From: Naegleria gruberi
Lineage: Eukaryota
DNA length: 64,000 bases
Assembly (NCBI GenBank): GCA_000004985.1
Contig: GG738893.1
Strand: one strand, 5' to 3'
Both the position numbers and the translations under genes were made by a program. The notes below the pieces were generated by a model that saw only the letters and a list, made by a program, of their open reading frames with translations, had not been told where the DNA came from and did not search any database. Every line of letters begins with the position of its first letter. Position 1 is the first letter of the stretch. Shown here piece by piece: positions 54,076 to 64,000 of the stretch.

Positions 54076-55118
54076 GGCCGTAGCCATTCAATTAACAAAA
54101 ATCTTAATCATAAATAATACAACCTACAAAAACAAGCTCTTAATCATAAAAAATAAGTTTTTGTTTATGGTTAACACTTTTCACTTTTCCATTTGGAAAC
54201 ACATTGACGATATTGTTCAGTAGTTGCCAATTCTTCAATTGATTTCTTATTGACACAATAAGTAATGATTAACTACATTCTTGTAAATGTTTCATCAATC
54301 CATTGTTTCATGAATGCTGGCATTGAGTACATTGGAAATTGGAAGAAATAAATAAAGATGAATCCTGACCATCTATTTGTTTCAAGTTTGTAATGGAAAC
54401 CAATTTCTCAAACCATTGAGAAAACAATCATATTCTAACCCACCTTCATCACAAATTATTACAATTGTTATGGTATTCAGTTGTTATTTCAGAAAACTTT
54501 CAATCATGCAGATTAATCTTTATAATGTTCCATATCAAGCATGTGGTATCTTGTTTTCTATTTATTGGGTTTAGCATTAGAGATGTCATTACATTTGAGA
54601 GTTATTTACAATAATTATTGATATGGACTGGTAATCTACCGAATTTGGATGAAAGAGACAAAGTACTGTTCATGCCCTTTCAGTTAATATCATTCACTGA
54701 ATGTAAGTTATGAATTAACATGCTGTTTCAAGGTATACAATGCAATCTAATTGTTATCAGAAAGTTGAAGAAACGAACCTAAAATCAGCCAAGTTGTTTT
54801 GTTTGTGAAAAGATATTGTGATATCAACGAAATAATCATTTTCACAGAAAGTGAATCTGATTTTTCAGGATCCCTTAGTCCAGCCAACTGTCAACTAATC
54901 AACATCTATTCGAATGTTAAAAATGTCAGATTTTTCAACATCAACTTTAGTGTCCAAGTCATATTGTTTGACCTACATCAACATTTTAAAACAAAACAAT
55001 CTTTCCATACATATGAAAGTGTCACCAATCATTGTCAATTTTCATTCACAAACTTGGAATAAGTTTTTTTTGAAACAAGCTGTCTTCCATCCTATCCACT
55101 TTCAACTAACAAGACTGT

Positions 55119-56498
55119 ATGCAAAAGAAGAGACACACCAAAACAAACACACAAAAAAAGTGTATCCACTCAATGACTGCGATCACGATGATGGAAAATA
55201 ATAATACATTATCTTCTTCTTACAAGACCAATAAGAACAACGAAAGCGATAACAAGAATACTAACAACAACAATAATAACATTAATAATATAACAATACA
55301 TACGAGTCCATCGCTGCCATTAATGGAAGAATCTAAAGAACAAATATCTTCAACAACAACAACAATAACGGAGGAAAATATGAGTCAGATTGTACAACTG
55401 GGAGGAGATTTGACCATTATCGATAATAACAACAATAGAAATTCATCATCATCCTCATCAACTTCATCACCACTCAAATTATTTCTCAGCAAACTCTTTT
55501 CAAAGAGACGAAAATCACAAGCTGATAATGGTGCTAAGAATAATAACAACAACACCACTACTAATGGTTCTTCACCAAATAACTCTCAAAACTCTAAAAA
55601 TCAAGCCTTTAAAAACCTTCTCACGCCCCACAGTGATTCCTCCTCATCACTGAATAATCCTAACAATAACATTTCGAATATCACAAGTCACTCCACCAAC
55701 AATATTATCAACTCGAGTACGAGTGGAAGAAAATCGAAAAGACTTTCGGCGACCTTCTTTAAGAGAAGACACACCACTCAACTCTCGCAATCACCAATTC
55801 ATAGCTCAACACAGGAAATTGAGAATTTCAGAGAGGAAGCTATTAAGAGACAAATTCAACAATCCAATCATGATGAGTTTATGTTTAACACTTCAATTGT
55901 ACCTCCTACGACAACTAGTCCATCTTCTTCAGTGACAACAATTAATAGTGCAATCTCAATCTCACTCACTCCAAACAATAATAATAGTGGAAATACTCCA
56001 CATCCTAACAGAACTAGAAGGAGTAGCTCATCAAAATCCATACCTGACAATGCAGATACATTCTTTGATGAAAACTCTGCTTTTGATATGGACGATTTAA
56101 TGTGGATTACCATGGAACCAACCACAACAAGGACAAGTTTCCGACCAAAGACAGTCTCATCAAATTCTCTGATTAGTGTCACATCGAATAATGGTAATTC
56201 ATCAACGGGTAGAAGAGACAGTGCTGCTCACAGTAGTGTTAATGATGAAGAGATTGTTGATGATTTGGAGGTAATCATTCCATGCATAACAATAGATGAT
56301 GGTTCAGTGATGAGAACCCTCTCTCCTACAACTTCATCCACCACCACCACTAACAATAATTCGAGTATCATACAACCACCACCATCATCCACAAGACATG
56401 TTAATAGCTGGGATCTAGATGATGATATTGAAGCTGCCCACAATTCCTTTTCCTTCTCTCCAGGAAGTATGAATGCCTCCAACATTATCAATTTGTAA
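55119..56498 (+). CDS. Hypothetical 459-aa N/S/T-rich low-complexity protein
   Basis: Single ORF. A possible alternative start is the ATG at 55173 (MTAITMMENNN). Poly-N and poly-T/S tracts. It is preceded by about 1.05 kb without ORFs. Confidence 0.45.
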   Translation: MQKKRHTKTNTQKKCIHSMTAITMMENNNTLSSSYKTNKNNESDNKNTNNNNNNINNITIHTSPSLPLMEESKEQISSTTTTITEENMSQIVQLGGDLTIIDNNNNRNSSSSSSTSSPLKLFLSKLFSKRRKSQADNGAKNNNNNTTTNGSSPNNSQNSKNQAFKNLLTPHSDSSSSLNNPNNNISNITSHSTNNIINSSTSGRKSKRLSATFFKRRHTTQLSQSPIHSSTQEIENFREEAIKRQIQQSNHDEFMFNTSIVPPTTTSPSSSVTTINSAISISLTPNNNNSGNTPHPNRTRRSSSSKSIPDNADTFFDENSAFDMDDLMWITMEPTTTRTSFRPKTVSSNSLISVTSNNGNSSTGRRDSAAHSSVNDEEIVDDLEVIIPCITIDDGSVMRTLSPTTSSTTTTNNNSSIIQPPPSSTRHVNSWDLDDDIEAAHNSFSFSPGSMNASNIINL

Positions 56499-56745
56499 AT
56501 TCACATACTACCATTTCTCGAGAGTCCCAATCTAGCAATAGTAATAAATTAATAATACGATTTGGAAATTTACTTTAATTTTTAATTAAATATTTTTTAT
56601 TTTCAAATTTTAGCGCAAAAATCGTAACGGACAGCAAGTTTCATCAGCTGGAAAATATCATCTCAACCCACACTTAACGTTACTTCTCAACACTCTCTTC
56701 CGCTTTCTCTGACAATAATAATCAAAGGAAAACATAAGAGAAAAA

Positions 56746-59147
56746 ATGACCAGCAAACAAAAACATTACGGATTGGATGATGGCATTGTTCCTGAAGCTT
56801 TTGAACTTCCATCGAAACAAGAGGTTATTGTGATGGAAAAGAATGGTAATATTCATGAAGTATTGCCTCCAAATATGCTCGATGGTGATGAAGTTAAAAG
56901 TGTAACGAGTACAACTTCGGATCAGGTTAACAAGGAAGAGGAAGAAGAATTTGAATATAAACCAGTAACAAATCTTGTAGAATATTTCAGTGATGAAAAC
57001 AATCGTAAACAAATTGATGTTGTTCTTCACTGTTTATCAAAATTGGAAGAAGAGTCATCGGATAAAACAAAGGCTATGGAACACAACGGAAGATTTCAGT
57101 TTTTGTGTAATATTCTCTATGATTTGGATAAATATGAGCTTGAATTCTACATGTTACAATTACTGTAGGTTTATAATATTAATTATTTTGGTGATGATTT
57201 AAATTTCTTATTAGAAATACTTACATGATGAAAGCAGGAGATGGTGATTCACATTTGGAACGTTATATTCTTGAAATTTGCGCCAAGTCAATGCACTTTG
57301 GTGTTAAATTGAGTTGGTTATTGGATGCTGAATTATATACATTGGAAAATCATTTGGCACAAACACCAAATAATATCAAATTAAAGAAGAGAGCACAAAG
57401 AGGAATGATTTTTAGAAATTTAATTGAAAAAGTTACGATTAATCAAGTTGTTCCTATTAATTATATGAATGACAGTTTCCTGAATACATCAATTCTTCAA
57501 GTAGATGCTGAATTCACAGAAGACCAAACTGAAGAAGAGAAGAATAAGCTCTCTACATATGTTTTGCAAAATGTTTTTGCCAAACAAAGAAGATCCAATT
57601 ATTTTAATGATGAACATTATTTCGTTCATTCCCTTACTGATTTATCCTATAGATTGAAGGCATATCCTCCAGGTGATATCAGAAAGCATCGTATGAAGGC
57701 AGAACTTGAACGTTTAAATCAATCAATTCCTTATGGTGTATATTATCCTTTGTGTGAATCACGTGATCCTCACTGTAGAATTTTGAGAATTTGTACAGAT
57801 GCTTGTCGTGTTTTTAGTACAAAGGAAAGAGTTCCAATTCTTTGTGTTTTTGAAGTCCTTACAGGTGATGCACCATGTACTCAACCTGAAGATGTTATTC
57901 AATTTGATGAAACCACTGAAGAATTCAATATTTATGATGGAATTATTGTGAAAAAGAATGGAGATTGTACAGATTCACCAGCAACAGAAGAAAGCAGAAT
58001 GATTGAAAGACGTATCAGCTCAACTTATCAATTTGATGTTACCATGGATGATGAAAAACACAAAAATGATATATTGGACGAAATAGATGCCACTTCAACA
58101 ATTTCAGACTCTTCAGACTCTGGTCCTAGAAAATCTGATGCTAGCTCTATCCCTCAAACACCATCTACCTTCAAGTCAGAGCTCCCAATTTTACACATTC
58201 CAAATATCAATCAAGATGATTTTGTTCTTATTGAAAAGAAGGATCCAACCAGAGATGAAGAAGTTTTACATGATTTGGAATCTGTATTTGGTGAAAGCTT
58301 TGAAAAGATTAAGGCCAAGTATAGAGCTGTTTCACCTTATGGGTGTGCTCCTGGTTGGGACTTGAGATCTGTAATTGTAAAAGCTAATGACGATATTAGA
58401 CAAGAAATATTTGCCATGCAATTAATCAAATTATTTGCCAGGATTTTTGAAGAAGAAAAATTGCCAATCTATATTAGGCCATATGAAATTATTGTGACAA
58501 GTGGAAATTGTGGTATGCTTGAAACAGTTCGTGATACTTGCTCAATTGATGGTTTGAAGAAGAAATTCCCTAACTTTACAAATCTCAAAGACTATTTTAT
58601 TCGCGTTTATGGATCTCCAACATCTAATACTTTTATCAGAGCACAAACAAACTTTGTGGAAAGTGTTGTAGGATATTCACTTATTTCATATATTCTCCAA
58701 ATCAAGGACAGACACAATGGCAATATTCTTTTAGATAGAGAAGGACATATGGTACACATCGATTTTGGATTTTTCCTTGGTATTTCTCCTGGTGGTGTTA
58801 AATTTGAAAATTCACCATTCAAACTTCCACAAGATTGGGTTGATTTGATGGGAGAATTATTTGATTTGCACTTTAGACCAGTATTTTATGTTGCTTTTGC
58901 TGCCTTGAGAAAACCTCGTAACATGAATAGATTATTGAACTTGGTGGAAATGATGATTGGCGCAAATTATAAATGCTTTGATGGTAATCATGCAAATATC
59001 ATGAGAGATTTGAGAAATAGATTCTATCCAAATCAATCTGAAGAAGAATTTGCCAAGACAGCCAGAAAACTTGTAGATGATTCCATAGATAACTGGTTTA
59101 CTAAGAGATATGATCAATATCAATACCTTACCAATGGTATTTTGTAA
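56746..59147 (+). CDS. PI4KB: Phosphatidylinositol 4-kinase beta (type III), join(56746..57164,57215..59147)
   Basis: A 50-nt intron (GTAGGT...TATTAG) joins ...ELEFYMLQL|L NTYMMKAGDGDSH..., matching PI4KB FYLPQLLNMYIHMDEDVGD. The catalytic region has CAPGWDLRSVIVKANDDIRQEIFAMQLIKLFARIFEEEKLPIYIRPYEIIV...ILQIKDRHNGNILLDREGHMVHIDFGFFL and ends ...RYDQYQYLTNGIL, as in PI4KB. Confidence 0.85.
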
Positions 59148-59503
59148 ATTTAATAATTTGATTTGTAAAGTTTATGTTTAATTTAATTTCGCTTAGTTTC
59201 ATGATTCGAACAATACTTTATCTTGTTAATTAATTTACTTTATTTTGTTATTAAGCCTCATTCGTTTGTGGATTTAGTACATAGTTATTAGTAAGGTGCA
59301 TGTGAAATATTATTTTAGAACTGATAATGTCTCACACTTTTGATGGATAATATTGAGGAATTTTTTGCTCCATTCATGTGAAATAGGACATCATACATAA
59401 TCAAGCTTTAATAAATATCTTACATTGTTTCCTTGAGTTCTAAGAGGATCGCTATCCCTAATACGTAAGTTCCACAGCTAAATAAGAAAGAGAAATTGAT
59501 GTT

Positions 59504-60694
59504 TTAAAGTAAATATCCAGACCACATGTCATCCAAAATCTTAGTAACCTGCCATCCTGTTACTCCACCAAATAAGATGAATTGATTTGGAGCTGAGAGA
59601 GATCTTTGAATGACCATTGAACCCAATCTTCCTGTTGGGACAACATTTAAACTCTTGACAACATGCCATTGTTCCAAAATCATGTCAAAGTACCAAACAT
59701 CATTCATACCTTGAGAAGAAAGAGCTTCACCACCAAAGATAAAGAATGCAGATGAGCTTGTGCTTGTTTGAAATATAGATTGACCACTTCTTGCTGGTGG
59801 CCAAACTTGTTGCTTATTGATTTGTGTCCATTCTTTGGTTATCAAACTAAACTTCCACATGTCATCAGTGTTGACGGATCCATTGCCACTCTTAACATAC
59901 CCACCAAATACATAAATTGAGGAATGGCTCATTGCACTATAAAGAATTGGAGCATACATTCTAGGTGAAATAACTGGACTGTTGCCAACTGGTTTGATTT
60001 CAGTAAATTGATAATTAATCAACGAGAATACATAAACTTGATTATAAAAGTTATCATTCACATCCGAACCTCCAAACATGAGAATATAAGAATTATCGAC
60101 ACAAGTTGTAAAATGGCCAAACTTGGAAGCAATTTTAACTTGTTCCTCATTCGAATCATTGTTCACAACAATCCACTCTCTCAAGCTCAGATCAAACTTC
60201 CAAATCTGTCCATTCACAGAAGTCTTTCCACTCTTTCCTCCAATCACGTAAAAGTGCTTTCCACACATCACTGCAGAGGCATCTTTCAAAGCAGGTGGCC
60301 ACGCCTTCCCTTCTTTTCTTTCAATTTGTGTCCAAGTAGACTCTTGATGATCAAACATCCACAAATCACTCAATGTAACAAACTTATTTCCAGTCCCTCC
60401 GTACAACATGGTCAGAGATCGATCAGGAGTAGAAGCAAAAGCAAAGTCAAATCGTGCTGAAGGTCCCGAAGCAAGGCTGGTCGAATTAAATTCAAGTTTC
60501 CATCCCATATAGTCCTGTTGTTGTTGTTGAGAGGAGGAAGTGTAGGAGGTTAGTACAGGCTCGACCATTATAGTTTTAATAATAATTATAATGAAAATAA
60601 TGATGATGAATAAATAACGATGCTGATGATGGTGTTTGAAAGATGACGATGATGATGATGGTAAGAATGAAAGGCTCAGTGCCGATATAGCCAT
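59504..60694 (-). CDS. Kelch-repeat (galactose-oxidase-type beta-propeller) protein with N-terminal hydrophobic signal-anchor, about 396 aa
   Basis: Start MAISALSLSFLPSSSSSSFKHHHQHRYLFIIIIFIIIIIKTIMV is a TM-like segment. Kelch blades recur (HFYVIGGKSG...IWKFDL, YILMFGGSD...VYVFSL, IYVFGGYV...MWKFSL, FFIFGGEA...VWYFDM, FILFGGVTG). Confidence 0.6.
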   Translation of the reverse strand: MAISALSLSFLPSSSSSSFKHHHQHRYLFIIIIFIIIIIKTIMVEPVLTSYTSSSQQQQQDYMGWKLEFNSTSLASGPSARFDFAFASTPDRSLTMLYGGTGNKFVTLSDLWMFDHQESTWTQIERKEGKAWPPALKDASAVMCGKHFYVIGGKSGKTSVNGQIWKFDLSLREWIVVNNDSNEEQVKIASKFGHFTTCVDNSYILMFGGSDVNDNFYNQVYVFSLINYQFTEIKPVGNSPVISPRMYAPILYSAMSHSSIYVFGGYVKSGNGSVNTDDMWKFSLITKEWTQINKQQVWPPARSGQSIFQTSTSSSAFFIFGGEALSSQGMNDVWYFDMILEQWHVVKSLNVVPTGRLGSMVIQRSLSAPNQFILFGGVTGWQVTKILDDMWSGYLL

Positions 60695-61097
60695 TTTTTT
60701 AATTAAGATTTTTATTATTTGCAAATTTGGGAAATTGATTTATTTGGGCTTTACTAAACCAACACCATCAAAATTGTGTTGAATATTAATTGAGTGTTAA
60801 TGTTTGTTAAATATTAATTTATTAACATTAATGCAATACTTTTTTGAATATTTTCCTCATTTAAAATTGAACTGTTTTGTACTCAATTCTTCAACTAAGC
60901 CATTCAAGTACAGATCTTATCCAATGATTTGTGTTCTTCAATTTAATGTTTTTGTAAAGTCAAGGATTGAAACACTCCTTCAAAATGTGCGCCTTTTTTT
61001 CGGAGGTATAGGACACATTCAAGAACTCAAGTTAAACAAGTTAGTTTGAAAACACTTTCAAGAATAAGAAAAAACAAGATTATCAATCAGCAACAAC

Positions 61098-61988
61098 ATG
61101 GACCAGAAGGAAATTGCTCTTCTCGGAGGAACACAAGGAATTGGTAGACAATGCCTTTTGTTGATGCTAATTAAAGGATTGAAAGTGAGAGTATTGGCCA
61201 GAAATCCATCAATGTTGTCTTCACTCAATGAAAAGTACTCACACCTTCTAACAATTGTTAAGGGAGATGCCACCAGAGAGGAAGATGTTGCAAAATTGAT
61301 TGCACCTTCAGTGGATCATGTATTGTGTGCTCTCGGGGCTCGTCTCAATGAACCTACCACTATTATTGAATCGGGAGTAAATAATGCACTGAAAGCAATG
61401 AAGAAATTGGATAAGGAGATGAGATTTGTGATGGTTACATCGAATGGAGTATTAGAAGCAGGAGTGAATTGGTTCTATGACAATATCATGAAGAAGCACT
61501 TGTTGAATCATTTCTATGATGATATGACAAGAGCTGAGAAGGCCCTTAAACAATTGACTGAAAATTCAAAGATTTCCTATGCAATTGTTAGACCACCTCA
61601 ATTGATTGATGCCCCAGCCACATTAGAACTCATACATGGTGAAGGAGAATACTATCCACATGGAACACATCTCGTCACCAGAGAGGATGTTGGTGCATTC
61701 ATGATTGAATGCTTATTTAACGAAAACCTCACCAAAGGAAATAGAGAATTCAATTTGAATACAACAAAAGTATTGGAAACCAAGATTGATAACATGCAAA
61801 CATTGAAGAGTATTATGCCATATCCAAAGTATTTAATGATTCGATTGTTCATATTCTCAGTGATGACTGGAATTGGTTCATTGAGTGCTTTTGCATTGTA
61901 CAAAATCAAATCATTGCTATTCCCTTCTATTGATATATCGAAAATAATTTCCTCTTGGTTAATTAAATCATTGGAATCAAATAAATAA
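61098..61988 (+). CDS. NAD(P)-binding Rossmann-fold protein (NmrA/BLVRB-like, atypical SDR) with C-terminal transmembrane tail
   Basis: IALLGGTQGIGRQ is the glycine-rich dinucleotide-binding motif at the N-terminus. The overall layout resembles NAD(P)H-binding domain proteins. The C-terminal hydrophobic helix is LMIRLFIFSVMTGIGSLSAFALY. Confidence 0.6.
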   Translation: MDQKEIALLGGTQGIGRQCLLLMLIKGLKVRVLARNPSMLSSLNEKYSHLLTIVKGDATREEDVAKLIAPSVDHVLCALGARLNEPTTIIESGVNNALKAMKKLDKEMRFVMVTSNGVLEAGVNWFYDNIMKKHLLNHFYDDMTRAEKALKQLTENSKISYAIVRPPQLIDAPATLELIHGEGEYYPHGTHLVTREDVGAFMIECLFNENLTKGNREFNLNTTKVLETKIDNMQTLKSIMPYPKYLMIRLFIFSVMTGIGSLSAFALYKIKSLLFPSIDISKIISSWLIKSLESNK

Positions 61989-62255
61989 TTTAATGTTGAT
62001 AATAATTTGTTTTCTTATTCTTTAAGTATTTATTATTGATATGATGAACATTGGTTTCCACTGAACTCTTGACTCGAATGTTTTGTAATTTTCAAAATCT
62101 AATAATAGCCCCAATTTTGCTCAAGTTCCATCAACACAGAAAAAAAATACACCTTGTTGTTGTAGCGTGCGATTTTTGATCAAAGACAAATTCATCATAT
62201 CGTCATCACAGAGTGTGTTGTGTAATTTATATTAAAAAAATTTAAAATCATCATC

Positions 62256-63556
62256 ATGAGTACCTTTGATTTGGATCAATATATTGCATCATACAGTGGT
62301 CTTACCAAGGTCAAGAGACTTGTATTTATTAGTGAAAATTCTAAAGATCTTCGCGGTAAAGCTCTTTCTAAACTTTTTGAATTATTAAAGAGTGGAAAGA
62401 ACACAGCTCTCTACAAGGAACTTGTTGAAAAGTACGGAAAGGAGTAAGTATTGATCATTAGTATAGTTTTTATTGATGATCCTATTTTATTAGTGCTGGA
62501 CAAACATTAGACAGCGAATGGATTACCCAAGTTGATCGATCAGCCACAAAACAACAAGAAAAGCTTGAAGTTGAACTTAATGCCCATAAAACAAACTTGA
62601 TCAAGGAATCTATTCGTACTGGACATAATGAATTGGGAGATTTCCATTTGGAAAGAGGAAACTTGCAAGAATCATTGAAGAGTTATCTTAGAACAAGAGA
62701 CTATTGTACATCATCTAAACATGTTAACGAAATGTGTTTGAATGTTATTCGTGTCAGTGTTGAAATGGGTAACTATGCTCTTGTCAACCAATATGTTACA
62801 AAGGCTGAAAATACTCCTGATGTTTCTGAAGGAACTGACATTATTACCACATCAAAGATTTTGGCATCTTCTGCTTTGGCTAATCTTGAAGGAAAGAAGT
62901 ATAAGATTGTTGCTAGAAAATTATTAGATTGTGAAATTGTTTTAGAAAATTCTTTCAATGATGTAATTACTTGTAGTGATATTGCTCTTTATGCTGGTTT
63001 GACAGCTCTTGCCACCTTTGATAGACGTGAATTGAAGGAAAAGGTTTTGTCTAATAATAAGTTTAGAGCTTTCCTTGAATTGGAACCTGATGTTTCAAAT
63101 ATTATTAATTGTTTCTATGAATCCAAGTATACTGCTTGTTTGGAATCACTTGATAGATTACTACCAAGATTATTGTTAGATATTTATTTGAAGGAACATG
63201 TTACTACTTTGTATGAAAAGATCAGAAGCAAGGCTTTGGTACAATATGTCAGTACTTTCACTTCTGTTGACATGAATAAGATGGCTGTTGTTTTTAACAC
63301 TACTGTAGAAAACTTGGAAAAGGAAATTGCTGCTTTAATTATGGAAAAGCAAATCAAGGCCCGTATTGACTCACACAAGAAGATCCTTTATGCTCGTGTT
63401 ACTGATATTCGTAATGCCACCTATCAAAAGGCTTTGGAAATGGGTGATTCATTTATCAGAGAATCTGAAGCTTGTATTTTGAGAATGAACATTAACAAAC
63501 AAAAGGACTTTGCTGTTAAACCAAATAGAAAACTTGCCAAGCAAATGATGTTCTAA
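62256..63556 (+). CDS. CSN1: COP9 signalosome subunit 1 (CSN1/GPS1), join(62256..62443,62494..63556)
   Basis: Exon 1 MSTFDLDQYIASYSGLTKVKRLVFISEN...ALSKLF matches human CSN1 [25 protein letters not shown]. A 50-nt intron (GTAAGT...TATTAG) follows. Exon 2 has ...IKESIRTGHNELGDFHLERGNLQESLKSYLRTRDYCTSSKHVNEMCLNVIRVSV... and the PCI domain ...YESKYTACLESL...NTTVENLEKEIAALIMEKQIKARIDSHKKILYAR, near-collinear with human CSN1. Confidence 0.85.
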
Positions 63557-63622
63557 ATAAATAAAAAACTACTGTATAATTAATTGTATTTACAAATTGT
63601 AAAGTTTGATTAATTTTAAAAA

Positions 63623-64000
63623 TTAATCTGTCAATTCTTCAATTCTCTTGACTTCTGTTGATCCATCACTGTTAAAAGCTCCAATACCTAGACCATCCTC
63701 TTGTAAGATATCATCTACTAATGTACAAATTTTACCATAATTACGAATGACAGTATCTGCATCTTCTGGTGTTTTTCTACAAACTGCTTTACACCCCTCC
63801 ATAACACCTTTACATGCTTCTCTAAGAGCTAATTCTCCATGATCTTCATCTCCTACAACGAAGAATAAAACTGATTGAATTCTTGTGAATACAATCATTC
63901 TCTCATTCATGAATGAAAATACTTTGAAAAATCCATCAGGTTGGGGCACTGAACCCTTGTTGACTCTTCTTACATAATCTACAATTGTATCGGCCCAAGC
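63623..64000 (-). CDS. C-terminal portion of a small longin-like / adaptor-sigma / zeta-COP-like protein (5' end beyond window)
   Basis: The minus-strand frame is open to the window edge (...AWADTIVDYVRRVNKGSVPQPDGFFKVFSFMNERMIVFTRIQSVLFFVVGDEDHGELALREACKGVMEGCKAVC...). The hydrophobic-FFVVG-acidic-ELAL pattern resembles sigma-adaptin and zeta-COP (LYFYVIGSSYENELMLM), but the similarity is weak. Confidence 0.35.
   Translation of the reverse strand, partial: AWADTIVDYVRRVNKGSVPQPDGFFKVFSFMNERMIVFTRIQSVLFFVVGDEDHGELALREACKGVMEGCKAVCRKTPEDADTVIRNYGKICTLVDDILQEDGLGIGAFNSDGSTEVKRIEELTD

Noticed and set aside
57165-57214. Reading 56746..57168 and 57225..59147 as two separate genes
   Set aside because: A 50-nt GTAGGT...AG intron joins them in frame. 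It reproduces the conserved PI4KB segment ...QLLN(M/T)Y(I/M)..., so they are one gene.
1-64000. Prokaryotic interpretation (operons, CRISPR arrays, mobile elements, an anti-phage island)
   Set aside because: Spliceosomal introns with GT...AG boundaries restore homolog alignments in at least 15 genes. The proteins are hallmark eukaryotic (actin, G-beta, CSN1, PI4KB, spastin, PARP). A eukaryotic tRNA-Lys and 5S rRNA are present. No direct-repeat/spacer arrays or transposase-like ORFs were seen.

Overview
This window reads as a compact, AT-rich (roughly 65-70% AT) nuclear genome segment from a unicellular eukaryote, not prokaryotic DNA. Genes sit about every 1.5-2 kb on both strands.

Splicing and genetic code:
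- At least 15 genes carry short spliceosomal introns of 39-167 nt, most 40-75 nt. Donors are GTAAGT, GTATGT, GTAGGT and GTTAGT, plus one GTTTGT and one GTATTT. Acceptors are mostly (T/A)AG.
- All three standard stop codons terminate genes (TAA most often), so the genetic code is standard.
- Many proteins carry N/S/Q/T- or K/E-rich low-complexity tracts.

Feature count: about 37 protein-coding genes, plus RNA genes and two assembly gaps.

Protein-coding genes I recognise:
- spastin
- heterotrimeric G-protein beta subunit (4 exons)
- EFHC1/Rib72-like axonemal protein with three DM10 domains and an EF-hand, which implies a flagellated or ciliated organism
- PI4-kinase beta
- COP9 signalosome subunit 1
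- a BRCT-WGR-PARP poly(ADP-ribose) polymerase (5 exons)
- an OARD1/TARG1-type macro domain protein
- nicotinamide riboside kinase
- an RlmN/Cfr-family radical SAM methyltransferase
- a monoamine-oxidase-like flavoprotein containing a 29-nt microexon
- a receptor-like kinase built as signal peptide, NHL repeats, about 12 tenascin-type EGF repeats, transmembrane helix and kinase
- an actin paralog with a single in-frame TAA
- an NBR1-like PB1+FW protein
- an RNase H1-type HBD fused to two CCCH zinc fingers
- F-box/SPRY and F-box proteins
- Kelch and NHL propeller proteins
- a GPI-anchored parallel beta-helix protein
- a secreted poly-basic protein
- several low-complexity hypothetical proteins

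RNA genes and gaps:
- an intron-containing tRNA-Cys(GCA)
- an intact tRNA-Lys(CTT) next to a degenerate second copy, inside a roughly 295-bp tandem duplication that straddles an assembly gap
- a solitary 5S rRNA
- two 50-N assembly gaps at 38451-38500 and 51017-51066

All splice junctions were derived by eye from reading-frame continuity and homolog alignment. Treat coordinates as accurate to within a few nt. The organism cannot be assigned with confidence from sequence alone.
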